A DNA stretch of 64,000 bases from Lingula anatina (taxonomy: Eukaryota; Animalia; Brachiopoda): assembly GCA_051362555.1 (NCBI GenBank), contig CM120641.1, positions 31,936,401-32,000,400 of the forward strand, read 5' to 3'. The translations under genes were made by a program, and so were the position numbers. Positions 52,151-64,000 of the stretch are shown here, one piece after another (position 1 is the first letter of the stretch; the number at the start of each line of letters is the position of its first letter). Under the pieces are notes generated by a model. That model was not told where the DNA came from, did not search any database, and worked only from the letters and a program-made list of their open reading frames with translations.

Positions 52151-55100
52151 TGATTTGTATATGTAGTTCTACTGGTATGTTCATACAAAATTTCATTGTA
52201 TGTTTAATATACCTTGGGCTGTGCAGAGAGAGCATCGAGTGTAAACATCTTCTGGGAATGCCATGGTACATTTCCCCCCACTTGGGGAAGCTGTAGCTGG
52301 AAGGCTGTGGGCGGGGGCCAAAACCATGTTATAAACTACCAGGATACAGATTGACTTGGCAGCTGGGGCACTGCTATCTGAACGCCTGGTTTACGGTACT
52401 TTCTTCTCTTTCTATTAGACTTTCTACAGATTAAAATTTTTAGTGATCAATTTTGGCATTAAATCGGTGTTAATCTGGTTATTTTTCTCGTGCGTTTTGT
52501 TGCAATTTTCAACACCCTTTGAGTCAACAAATAAGTCAAATCTTTTGATATAGAAAATTTCATTCAGTTTGCATACTCCAAAAAGTATACATTCCTCCTT
52601 CTCCCCTTCCACCCATCTCTACCGAAAGCAATATCTCACATAGCAGCTCTCTCAATAAGGGGGGGGGGGGCTTTGATTGGGTTTTTTTGTGGGGTTAATG
52701 TCGCCTCTAACTGTGATATGTAACGAAAAATAAACTGACAGAATCTGCCAAAAATACAAATTAGAAATACACATGGCCACGCCCATGAAAAAAAAAAAAA
52801 AAAACTAAGATACATACATTTTTCTCACCGGTATCGTGCGAAACGTAGAACGAAACCTCTGTGGCCTTGCTCAGACGCGAGGCGGGGATACCTTGGCTAC
52901 AGCTGTCACAATGGCAGGCAGAAATCATCAACAAAATACTTTGGCAGTTCTAGTCAGAGAATTTAACCGGGTTTTTATACAATGATTCAGCTGTCGTAAA
53001 GTTAACTGGGCATCAAGATCGCGTTTTGGCAGATTGAACCAGTTTTTAAAAAGCAATTCATGGCCAAATGTGAAATACCGGGATTGCATCTGTCACAAAT
53101 GCGGTCATAAAACATGGATGTATAGGCTGGCAGAGGGTGAAACTGATGACTGCATTGCAAATGGCTGAATCACGCATTTACTCATTTGTTTCTAAATACT
53201 CAAAAATTTATATGTATTTTTCAAAATTATGACACCTCATTTAACCTCGAAAAAACATTAATGTTATAACAAACACGGTACCACCAGCATCAGAAAAGAC
53301 TTTTTAAATTTCTATACTTTTCTCTCTCTTAAGAAGCCCAACTTGAAAATCATCAGTCGTGTCACTGTAGTTCGCATGAAAAAGGAATGGTATCTCGCTG
53401 CAGAAGAAACTGCGTTGTTCTAACCTCTTCCTCTCTGGTACGAGGCATATCAACACGTATATCGCCTTGAGAACAATATAGGGCACGTAATTGATGCTAA
53501 TTATTTCAGTACAGTTAGACACGTAATAAATTAACCATCCACTTACCATTAAGTACAAGTTAATGAGGGGCTGATTTATGAGGTTCGGGGAGCTGTTTAC
53601 TGACCTGACATCTGGCGGGGAGTTTTTCTAACCTGGGACTACGACCCTTTATCATCTTTTTACTGGGTCCTCCATCAAATGAAATGGAGGATATTCAGAA
53701 ACAGATTTATTATTTTAAAATCCAAAAACTTTGTCCTATTTCATATGGAATCGAAAATACTTACCTGTCTACCCGTTACCAAAATTAATCATAATTACTG
53801 TCTGAAAATTATTGTTTTGATTATGAAATTGAAATTTCTGTGTATTGCAAAGGACGTGTTCATTAAACAAATAAACCAATGTAAATTCATAAGTGCTTAA
53901 CGATGAAATAATTTCAACAAAGACCATCGCAGAATAATGGAAAACATATAGGGAACAGTACCAGCATGTTCATTTTCAAAGATGATGCGTTTTTCAGACC
54001 CACAGGTAGGCCTTAATCCAGCCATTTTTATCAAAATGGAATTACCATTTGGGCGATACAGTATCCGCAAGGTCAAAATTGATAAAAGAAAACATGAAGA
54101 TACAACCATAAATCGGAAGAAGTTGGCAATGGCTTCAGCAAAGACTTGAGCTGGTTGGAAATATAAGAAAAATATATTTTCAAATGTTAGTAGGTTTGAA
54201 ACATATTTTATTTGGTTGTGTGCATCATTTGAAAAACTGTTACAGCTGCTGTGTCTGTGCATAATAGTGGGTTAAGATGTTAATGCAGAGGAACAATTCC
54301 ATTGGAGTCAATAAATGCTGTTTTCCCCTAAGAGAGAAAGAGGAGCGCTGCAGCAGTTGAGGCTCAACAAAAAGGCCACCCCCCCTCCCCGTCTTAGCAC
54401 GACTTACTTAGTGAATGCACGTCAAATCTCATCCTACTCACTCAATCTAAACTATCTCCCAAATGAAAAAAAAAGGCAGCAATGTCACTGCCCTAAATTT
54501 GTTTATCACGAGAGAAACGAATTGGTAATTTGTTACAAAATTACTTCAGCAATTCCGTCGCCTGCGATAACAACTCTGCGAGGCAAATGAAGATTACAAC
54601 GTGCTTTTCAGTTCGGAATGTATTTTGGATAGTGTATTGAAGGAATACTTGAAAGAAATGAAAATTGAAAGAAAAAGCCTGTTGTAACGCCTTAACGTAA
54701 TCACCCCTCTGTCAAATCGCTTCTGCATTTAATGATTTTTGTCATTTTTTCTCTTCTATCTTTATTTCATGCTTTGGCTTCTCAGTGTCCCACTTAAAGC
54801 AAATCAAATCAGAAAGACAGATTTCAAAATAGAACATTTTCTTTAAATTTAATTCAGTTGATAGTAGTGTCTCAGACAATTTGCTTCAAATGTTACTGAA
54901 CATTGCATTACAACATGTTGTGCAAACTTTCGATCGTTTGAAGTTGTTGATAAGAGAGCTACTGACAAATGAATTGGCTATCTGGAGTCATCGGCGTGTC
55001 ACGATAAGGGAGTAAATAGTCACCTCATTAATATACAATTTGTCATCACTTCATCGATTCTCGCGCCATCAGAAGAGCGGAAATTTGATGGGACACTTGA

Positions 55101-57399
55101 TGACATCTTGAATTAGATCTGACAGACGAATTACCCAAGGGAGCGCTTGGGAGACCTGGGGCAATGTCATCAGCATTTCCTCGACTCTGTCTCACATTTC
55201 AGTCTTGGAGAATCCCAGTGGTGTATTTATTTCTGATGGTTTCCTAGCCATTTTGTGTTCATACAGGATGACAATTTGTTTTGTCTGATAGACATTACCA
55301 GAAACGCTGCCTTATGTGCGAATGTTCATTTCGATTGCAAATTTAATACTTAAAATTATCAAAGCCACACGAAACTGTGAAATAAACACTATCTAAAAAT
55401 CACACAAAGGGGATTTCGGAGACTCCCAGTGGGGTAATGCCCTTTAAAGGAAAATTTTCTTGCTCACGTTGAGTGAACAAAAATTCAATGTGTAGACGAT
55501 GTAATTTTCTAGGCCGACAGATGGCGCAGTGAAATGGGTCCTCCCTTTCTACCTCAGATATTAGTATAGGTGTGACCATCGCACGTTCGCGCTCACTGTG
55601 AAAATGGTACGGTACGTAAGAAGCGTTAGAAGTATGGATGCAAAAATAAATAGATAAATAAATGAAGAAAAATAAACAAAGAAATAAAGTTAAAATTAAA
55701 ATATAGTAATGTATAGTTGATTTAAATGTCAAATGAGCCAACCACAGGGTGTACTGCATAGAAATATTCTATACTGTATATAGTGTCAAAGTATCGGATG
55801 ACATCTGCTACACAACTACCCAATCTGGCTGTTTAATGCATATTTCATAATGTTCCTTTTCTGTGCTTTTTTGTAATTTTTTATTGGAGGTTCCTTCTGT
55901 CGGTCAGAATATTTAAAGTTAAATTCATGCTTAAGCTGTTAAATTACAATAAACCGCGCTCCTATGTGGTTCAAATAACTTGAAGGTATTTCAAATTATC
56001 GAAGAATTCAAGTTTTGCTGAGAGTATTTGAACGGCCCGGTCACGGTCTCCGTGCTTCGAAGTGTTCAGAAATCTTCACAGGCAAAAAAAGAATTGGATT
56101 GCGCCACACCGGCATACATCAGCACAAAAGAGATGGATGTGTTAGCATTTTAAAGTAATTAAAAATAATTGCTTCCAGGTACAAATCATTAATGAAATAT
56201 GATAATGCATCAATCATTCAGACGTAGGTTTATCTAACATCCTATTTCTGCATTTTCCCGGGTGACGTGAGCAACTGCATTTTTCGTTTTCGGTGTTTTC
56301 TCACTTACAGGAGTAGCTATCAATATTACTCTGACATCTATATAACATATACAGAACTATCGCCAAACTACGTCGCACACTCCCACGTTTTTCCTGCTCA
56401 TTTTCTTTAAAGCAGTCGTTCAGATTTTGACGGCAACTACAAGTTGTATTTGAAAATAGGCTTTTTATTTGTTTTCTTGCCACTGAGGGTCATACAGTAG
56501 CCACATAGCAAAAGGTCTGATAAAAAAGGGGTATCGATTGATCTGTTTTTTCACGATCAGTGTAAATGTTAAGACTGTATCTCCCGTGGTTAACATATAA
56601 CTATTCAAACCACTCCTCAAACGTGTTCTCTTCCCATATTAGAAAATCACTGAATAATGAAACGAAATTCGGGTGACCTAGTAACTGGGAACTTTTAAGT
56701 TATAACTTGTTTTAATCTTATCTCTTACCCGCTAGCAATTCAGATTCTCTGATGATAATTTACCGGGTGTCAACAAGCTACTTCTGTGCCATTCACAAAG
56801 CCGATATATGGCGCTAGATTTACATTATCTGTATGTCGGGAATCGATTATTGATTTGTTCATTATAAAAATATGATAACGAAAATAAATATCTCTCTGCA
56901 GTGATGTAAGATACATTTCTTACAACAAAGTGTGAGTTAAAAAGCCCAAAACACCTTTTTATTAGCGAAAGCAATGCATGTAGCGCCCTCGTCTGAGAGA
57001 AATTGTTAAAACGCGCCTTCTGTCGTCTTAAACTGAATGACTTCATAAAATGAAGTATAACCAATCTTCTCTAAGGGGGTTGACAGGACTCCGTAGCAGT
57101 TTAGATGCGCATGTACCACATGTACATGTATAGCCTATACTGGAGCAGTGGACAAAAATTCGATTTTTTTATGTAATAAACATTTAACCTGGAGCAGAGG
57201 GGTCAATGTGCAGGCAAAGAGGATAATTTATAAGTGCGCAAGACTTTTCTGTCAATTTTACGTAATGAATTATCATCACCACTTTTTTTTTTTGCAAGAG
57301 CTAATTAGGTACAAGTTATTGTGAACATCAAAAAAAAAAAAAAAAAAAAAAAAATGTAAATTTGTGAGAAATAGAAAATGAAAAAGAGAAAGTCACTAA

Positions 57400-59395
57400 A
57401 CATTTGATGTTATATGAAAACATTTATTTGCCACCTTTTTCTATATACAGCCACAAGGTATACAGCCCATGATATACAGTTATCACAGTAAACAGGGATT
57501 TGAAGCTAAGTGTACTTAAAATAAAAGAACCAAATCAAAAACAAAATGACTTAAACAGCACATATCCTTAAAAAAATTAACCAATTTACATATTATTATG
57601 TACAAATTTAGTAGATACTGAAAACCACCAACTTTCTACACCTTTTAAAAAGCCCGATATCTATACATGGTCAAAACTGTTTCTGCACAAAAAGAAGTCA
57701 AGACTTATGAAAGGAAGCAGCCACACACCTGCTATTTCAAACCAATCCCGGTTTAATTTTCAATATAATTCCAATAACAGTCAATCTCCTTGTGATTTCT
57801 TTTTGAAAAAAACATTGCATTACGGCTGTCTAGGTATGTGGAGGACCTACAATGTAATAATGTTGCTTCATTTTTTGCATATTGAGGTGGGTAGTTTGAA
57901 AATGCATTTTTTATATGAATATAACATTTAGAATATTTTGTACAGTTTATGGGCAGGGCAATAAATTTTAACATATCTCTAGAAAAGAGATCAAGAGTTT
58001 TTTCCTCTAGGATATAATGTGAAATTTCTGGTTTATCCCTCCTTTAAGCAATATTCTATCACTGTTCTATCTCTAATGAGATATAGTTATATGTGAATAA
58101 AATTATGCATGGGCAGCCCTTTTTTATAATTATGTTACCTCAGTTAAGTGTAATACCATATTAACAGTTAGTGGACAGTTAACAGGTATGTTTTTGTTAG
58201 AAAATGTTTTCGTAAATATCTAAACAAAGCATTTGCTAGCTGTGCCTCATGCCAAGCTGAACAAGATCTGTTAACAGAGATGTTGATGTTGTCAGCACAC
58301 AAAATGGGTACTGCATCAGTGCAACACTAACACCAAGACTATACATACTACAGAAGAAGCCACACATTTCCCCACATTTTAGTGGCTTGCTAATTCCCAG
58401 ATGCTTATAATTCCAGATAGATTCTTTAATATTCATAATTACAAGTTCACTTGACCATATATATCTAGCATATAAAATACATAATGCATCCTCCCGACAC
58501 TTGCTGTGACTGAGGTGTGCCAAGTCATTATGGTTATAAATTCCCTACATGCAGTTGCAAGGTTGAAATATCAATAAAGAGAATCAGTGTCATGTATTGC
58601 CAATAATATCCAACATTGTTAGTTACCCAAGCAAGCAGGACTTTGATACCACTTCCTTTATGGTACAGAATCAATAACCTCCAATCACGAAAAACTTAAG
58701 CATGAAAAAAATCCCAATGCACAAAAAATAAAACTTTGGATTTGAACCTTTGGATGAGTTAACTATATACATATTTCATAGCATAACTGCCCACAAATTT
58801 TACATCTTTTAAGCTGCCTTCAATCCATACATAAGTCAACCAAATAAGACCCATGGAAATGGGGATTATAATTAATGTCCAAATTAATAGCACCCACTGC
58901 ACCCTGGTGCCCAGTCCTTGACCAGTGCATCGACTTACAGCACAATTTTCAGGGACACTTGCCCACTTTCCAGCAGCTGCCCACCTCATACTTGTGTCCA
59001 GTCACTGACCCTAACCAACTTATGGCAAGGTTGCCACAGTAAGAACAGACCATTTCCCAATTGTGTCCTTGACCAGTGCACTTTTAAGCGAGGTCAACAG
59101 AGCGAGGACTGCAAGCTGGTCTTAATCTAGTGAGTCATGACTTCATTCCTGTTTGTTACATTGGAACTCCCCACACAAGTCTATTCACACTTTGCAATCA
59201 AATCTAGTGTTGAGTCACCATTTCACCTTGACCCATTACCTAAGTATGTGATTTGCACTCACATACATATGTTATTCTCATCATGTCTACATGCACTCAT
59301 TGTGCTATGCAGGCTATACCCCAGTACCCTCACAGTCCACTAGTCTCTTGCAGCGTGTGTGTGTGTGTGTGTGCTTGTGAGCAGGCATCAGTGTG
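57400..59395 (-). other. Dymeclin 3' UTR (~2 kb, inferred)
   Basis: Minus-strand AATAAA at 57428-57423 followed by T-rich sequence; CpG-poor composition ends at about this point. Confidence 0.55.
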
Positions 59396-59548
59396 TTAAC
59401 CCTGGGTTGTTCCTAAAGAGAACAGCTGTATCCGTGATGCATTAAAATACAAGTTGGAGGAGTGGTAGACCAATGACCACACATAAGGGATGAAGAACTC
59501 CTCGGGTTGATCCTCTTCCACATACTTGAACTTAAGCTCTGGGAATTT
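59396..59548 (-). CDS. DYM: Dymeclin terminal coding exon
   Basis: ctgcag acceptor; [50 protein letters not shown] (TAA at 59398-59396); the [22 protein letters not shown] motif is diagnostic. Confidence 0.97.
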   Translation of the reverse strand, partial: KFPELKFKYVEEDQPEEFFIPYVWSLVYHSSNLYFNASRIQLFSLGTTQG

Positions 59549-60068
59549 CTGCAGAAGAAAAAACAAGATCAATTAGGTACACATACAGACTGAACAAACC
59601 AGCTAAATCTGACACATACAGACATCCTTGCTTAGTTGTACTTAACCAATAATGGGTCTCTAGCCCTCATGGCGCCAAAGTTAAAAAGAATTTTCAGTTT
59701 TGAGTTGTTTTAATGGCTGCAATTCCTTTAATTATTTGCTGATTAACTCAAAACTCAAGCTGATGAAAAACAGCAGAAAACTTTCAATGTTGTAATGGCT
59801 AGGACAGCTATTACAGAGCATGTAATCCTTGCGAGTTATGAAGCAAAATGGAGAAAAAAAAATTCCCTGATTGGTCACAAGAAATGCGAATGGCTCCAAC
59901 CATCACAATTTGATTACTTGCATGGAAGACTGTTTATTACCATGTAAGTATCCAAATCAATTAAATTTAGAGTTCAGAAACCTGTAAATAAAGAAGTTAG
60001 TAATTATTATAGGAGTTTCCCATTGGTTAAAATCAATTACATACCTATAACACACAGATGGCACATAC

Positions 60069-60182
60069 CTTTAACCTTTCTCTTTTAAACTGTCTTGCTC
60101 CCATTTTGATTATGTCTAACACTTCATGAACAGAGAGATTCCTGTCTGGTTTCTCCAACTGTGCAGTAAAGTAACCTAGAAC
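60069..60182 (-). CDS. DYM: Dymeclin penultimate exon
   Basis: ttttag|...|gtatgt; 114 nt; VLGYFTAQLEKPDRNLSVHEVLDIIKMGARQFKRERLK. Confidence 0.93.
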
Positions 60183-60558
60183 CTAAAAATTAGTTTTAAA
60201 ATACCAATTAAACCATGCAATAAAAAGCACAAGTCTGGAAATATTTTCTTTTTCAAAATTCTTAACCCTTAAATAAGTCACAATCCTGTTCCAAATTACT
60301 CAGCTTTCTTCAGATCAAAACCACAATCTCCATTTAATCAGAAATAAAACTGCACAATTCTTCGAGAACGTAAGATATTTTAAACTGACTTTACTATTTA
60401 ATATGAACATGAGTTATATTACTAATTAGAACCCAAAATATCTCAAATTCACCATATCAACATTTCTGAATAGATAACACTGAGAACAGTATCTTGAATC
60501 TGACAGAGAAACAAGGCAAAGTTAAATGAATACAAAGTAATACAGAGGCTGCACCTAC

Positions 60559-60741
60559 TGTGTCTACATTCTGTATGATATCCTGGAAAGTTGGGTGTGT
60601 CCTGAACTGAGAGAACACCTCTTTGTTGTAAAGCAGAGTGTAGATAAGGTTGGGGTTGTGGTGGAGGGCATGAGTCAGACACGAGTTAATAATCTCGAGG
60701 ACCATACGGATGACTTCTTCTAATACACTCAAGTCCTGGCC
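60559..60741 (-). CDS. DYM: Dymeclin internal exon
   Basis: tacag|...|gtaggt; 183 nt; [61 protein letters not shown]. Confidence 0.96.
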
Positions 60742-60929
60742 CTGTAATATAAAATTCTTAGAATATAAAACAATATAACTTGAGAGCAATCCAAGACATA
60801 AATGAGGGCAAAATGTGAATAAAAATAACATAATGATAAAAAAGACCTTCAAAATTGACAGCAAAGCTAGGAAGTATACACACACTATATGGAAAATATT
60901 AATTCTCACTGCTCCAAAAAAGAGCACAT

Positions 60930-61215
60930 TCCACTAAAATATAACTTTTGTAAAAACATTCCCATAATTCCGACTTTTAAAAAGAACTTGACTTTTTATT
61001 CAACAAATGTCACAAATATGACATATATTGCCAAAATATGTGAAAAAGAAACTTTTGTAAAAATGATCATGCTGATTCTTAAAGGATACCCTTTTTAACG
61101 ACAAAATAGCACTTAGTAAATATTAAGTAAAACAAAAATATGGTTTGGCAGTTACAGGGACTGATATTTTGGATGGCAACAGCAACAAGGACAGACAGTT
61201 ATCAGAACATATACA
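60930..61215 (+). repeat. Degenerate interspersed repeat copy in a DYM intron
   Basis: Same ordered blocks as 48600-49095, with CpG positions changed to CpA. Confidence 0.5.
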
Positions 61216-61407
61216 GTGTCTATACGTAATAAGTTTTTCTTTTTATGACATTTACAACAGTGCACAAACTGCTTTTGGTCAATTCTGATGCAATATTACA
61301 TATTTTTTTAAAAGCATAAACACCACCCTACTATACTGCATTTGTACACAATAAATCCACAACACCCCAAATATTTTTTATTTATTTTCACAATGACAGT
61401 CTCTTAC

Positions 61408-61522
61408 ATAGTCAGGCTCAGTATCAGCTTCGGAGCCACTCTCTGCCTGGCCGTCCTCCAAGCAGGCATTCTTCAGTTGCTGAACTAGACGATTATGCTT
61501 CTTCACTAACAGGGCAAACAAA
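61408..61522 (-). CDS. DYM: Dymeclin internal exon
   Basis: tag|...|gtaag; 115 nt, restoring frame; (S)LFALLVKKHNRLVQQLKNACLEDGQAESGSEADTEPDY. Confidence 0.92.
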
Positions 61523-62477
61523 CTACAAACAGAATAGTAGATACAAGTTAATTTTTACAGCACGTAAAACCAGCCAGATATCACTTGCAATATACCAACA
61601 AATACAAGTGACTGAAATCATTAAATTTTCTATTTTTTTTCTAATTTTTTAATGATTTATGTCAAAGTCTGTACAATATTGTGTAGATAATGTAACAAGA
61701 ACAGTACACCTGCAGTTTCAGCAGACCTGCTGAAATTTCCACAAAGGAAGGAGAAGCTGTGTTGTCAACTCAAATTATGCAGGTCCAGTAGTAGATTTAA
61801 GAACTTAATTCATGTTAAAGTCTGCATGGCATGTAAAAACCTTTTTTCAAATATTTGAAGGTAACTATTAGCATGGAGATTGATTTAACACTTCCACATG
61901 GATGAAATAAAACTCAAACGTATTAATGATTAACACTTCAAGGGAGAAAGCATAATATGTTAAGTGTGTAAACCATTTCCTGTTGAACCAATCCCAGTAC
62001 AAGTAATACTTTTTGATCATATTTTAACAGATAAATGCCATAAATTAATGTTGCCAAAAATAACTCTTTCATCATCTCCTGACGAATCTTGCAGCCTGTC
62101 AACCATCTTGACACAGTTTTTAACTGTGTTAAACCTTGAATCCAGTAAAAGAATTAAGCTTGAAGATATGACAGATTTTGAAAAACCATCACTCAAGGGT
62201 GGGTTAAAGACTTCTTACTTCTTTCAGATTATTAGAGTATCAGGAAAGTAGGATCAAAAGAAGGTTAATCAGAGGAAGAATACCATAATTTAAATGTGTC
62301 TGATACAAATGTAATTTACGCATGCATTCTTCTGAGTGGGTTGGACTTGCCATAAAATATTGTTTGATGCTGAAAATTTATAAATGACAGAATATAAAAT
62401 ATTCATTTTTTGTAACCTTTATTGACTTATTCAAAAGATTATTTTAATTGGTTATGATATGACGCTTTAGAGCTTAC

Positions 62478-62572
62478 CTTATCAACCTCTGTGTTACATA
62501 TGGATGAAGGTTGTCAAACTGAGCAGACATATTGGCTAGAGCTGCCAGACAGTTGGTGTGTAGGTACTTGTC
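62478..62572 (-). CDS. DYM: Dymeclin internal exon
   Basis: ccag|...|gtaag; 95 nt; [31 protein letters not shown](S), a highly conserved dymeclin block. Confidence 0.95.
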
Positions 62573-62896
62573 CTGGAAATGTGATAAGAACATGTACATG
62601 TCTGAGGCTACATTGCCACAACTGACATGTTTTGTTTTAAATATTATTTTTATTCTTTAGATTATTTTTAATAATCTTTAGTAAATTAAGAACTTTAAAA
62701 AGCAATTCATAATTTTTCACCATTAATTTTTAAGGTGCATAATAAATGTGCCTTATAGAAAGTAATAATTATTACAGTTAGTATTAGTATTAACACTACT
62801 GTTATTATAAACCTTATATAAAACAAGACTACTTGGAAAGGGTCATTTTCAACCTTAGGGCACAATACAAACAATCTCTTCTAGCTTTGGATATAT

Positions 62897-63449
62897 TACC
62901 CCGTTCACACTACAGTTGCCAAAATGCGCATTTCTATAATTCGGATTTTTCGTAAGGAATCCGATTCAGTATTGTGTTCACACTCGCTAAGCGAATCCGA
63001 ATCCCATGTTGAAAATTTCAGGTTTAACTTCCTGTTTTGAACACTCGCGCATGCGCCGCACAGGAAATCTTAAAATATCAACAAAAATTTGTGACGACAA
63101 ATGCAACTCAAAAGACATTCCAGCATTCTTGAGAAGTATAAGGTGGCAAAATAAGTTTGTTTCCTCATGTTGTAGTGAGTGGTGACCTCCAAATACGTTT
63201 GGTGCAATCGCTAAAGTAATAAACCAGCGTTCATAGATACCCGCACTTATCTGCACACATGCGCAGTAAGATCTGTACAGGTGTCGATTCCGGTAAGTTA
63301 TCCGGATCGCGCTTAGAAATCCACCTCGCTTGCAGGATTTTGAAAATGCGCATTTTCAAAATCCTCTTGCGTTCACACTATTGCATTTATTCGAATTGTG
63401 ACCTAATTCGCAACTTATCCGGATAACTGAGCGTAGTGTGAACGGGGTA
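62897..63449. mobile_element. Young MITE in a DYM intron (Harbinger-like)
   Basis: Perfect 17-bp TIR TACCCCGTTCACACTAC / GTAGTGTGAACGGGGTA; internal copies of gttcacact at ~62976 and ~63372; possible 3-bp ATT duplication; CpG-rich. Confidence 0.88.
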
Positions 63450-63676
63450 TTTAAGGTCTGGGTAAACCTACTTTTGCGCAAAAGACCTTATGATAAAATA
63501 ACCAAAAAAATATCCATGGATAAATTTTTATTTTTGTTGCTGGGCCATAACTTTGTTTGATTTTTGCACGGCACTCAGTATTCTGCCATTATTTTTGTCC
63601 CCACTCTCTTCAATGTTTAGTTTCAGTCTGTTTTTCTATTTATTGCTGGAATTTTGAAATGCTAGATGCTACTCAC

Positions 63677-63790
63677 CCTCATTTTGGTCATATTGTACTG
63701 TATTGTCCTGATTACAACTAGCACCAGTAAACCACCAAGAGAGATCTCTGATATTGTCCTTTCTTTGAACCATGCTATATTTGTTATTGT
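63677..63790 (-). CDS. DYM: Dymeclin internal exon
   Basis: ccag|...|gtgagt; 114 nt; [38 protein letters not shown] matches dymeclin [22 protein letters not shown]. Confidence 0.95.
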
Positions 63791-64000
63791 CTGGAAATAG
63801 AAGTAGACAACATCTGAATCCTGCATATACATAGAACCTGTCATATACATAAACTGTATGCTTTAAAATGTAGTTTGTTTTCAAGTAAGACCAGCACTCT
63901 AGGTCTGGAGACAAAGCCTAGATGAATAAAATCATGCTCAAACACCATGTAAACTGTGTAGATCTTACAAAGAAATGTTACAACATTTTTCACTGTCCAA

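Noticed and set aside
51881-52296. ORFs with CV/RE/SL/HT runs
   Set aside because: Translations of the (CT)n(CA)n microsatellite.
60457-60927. 156-aa ORF as a complete membrane protein
   Set aside because: Only 60559-60741 is a DYM exon; the hydrophobic flanks are T-rich intron read-through.

Overview
AT-rich animal (invertebrate bilaterian-like) genomic DNA with two convergent, intron-containing genes, both cut by the window edges. + strand: the 3' part of an inhibitory Smad (Smad6/7, Dad-like). It has linker exons at 881-937 (PPxY motif) and 1804-1875, a 28.2-kb intron holding a probable 36-nt in-frame micro-exon (23839-23874), and a terminal MH2 exon at 30045-30583. - strand: the last six coding exons of Dymeclin (63790 to 59396). 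The ~20 kb between them has no recognisable gene and is visibly richer in CpG than either gene body. Several non-autonomous TIR elements (one nested), a 69-bp minisatellite and microsatellites are present. Most notable: the Smad6/7-DYM pairing (also adjacent in human, recalled as tandem there), the hidden micro-exon, a methylation footprint readable from paired repeat copies, and candidate BMP-feedback elements. No new protein-coding system, RNA gene or CRISPR array could be supported; nearly all ORFs in the supplied track are spurious. All calls were made by eye, without database searches.
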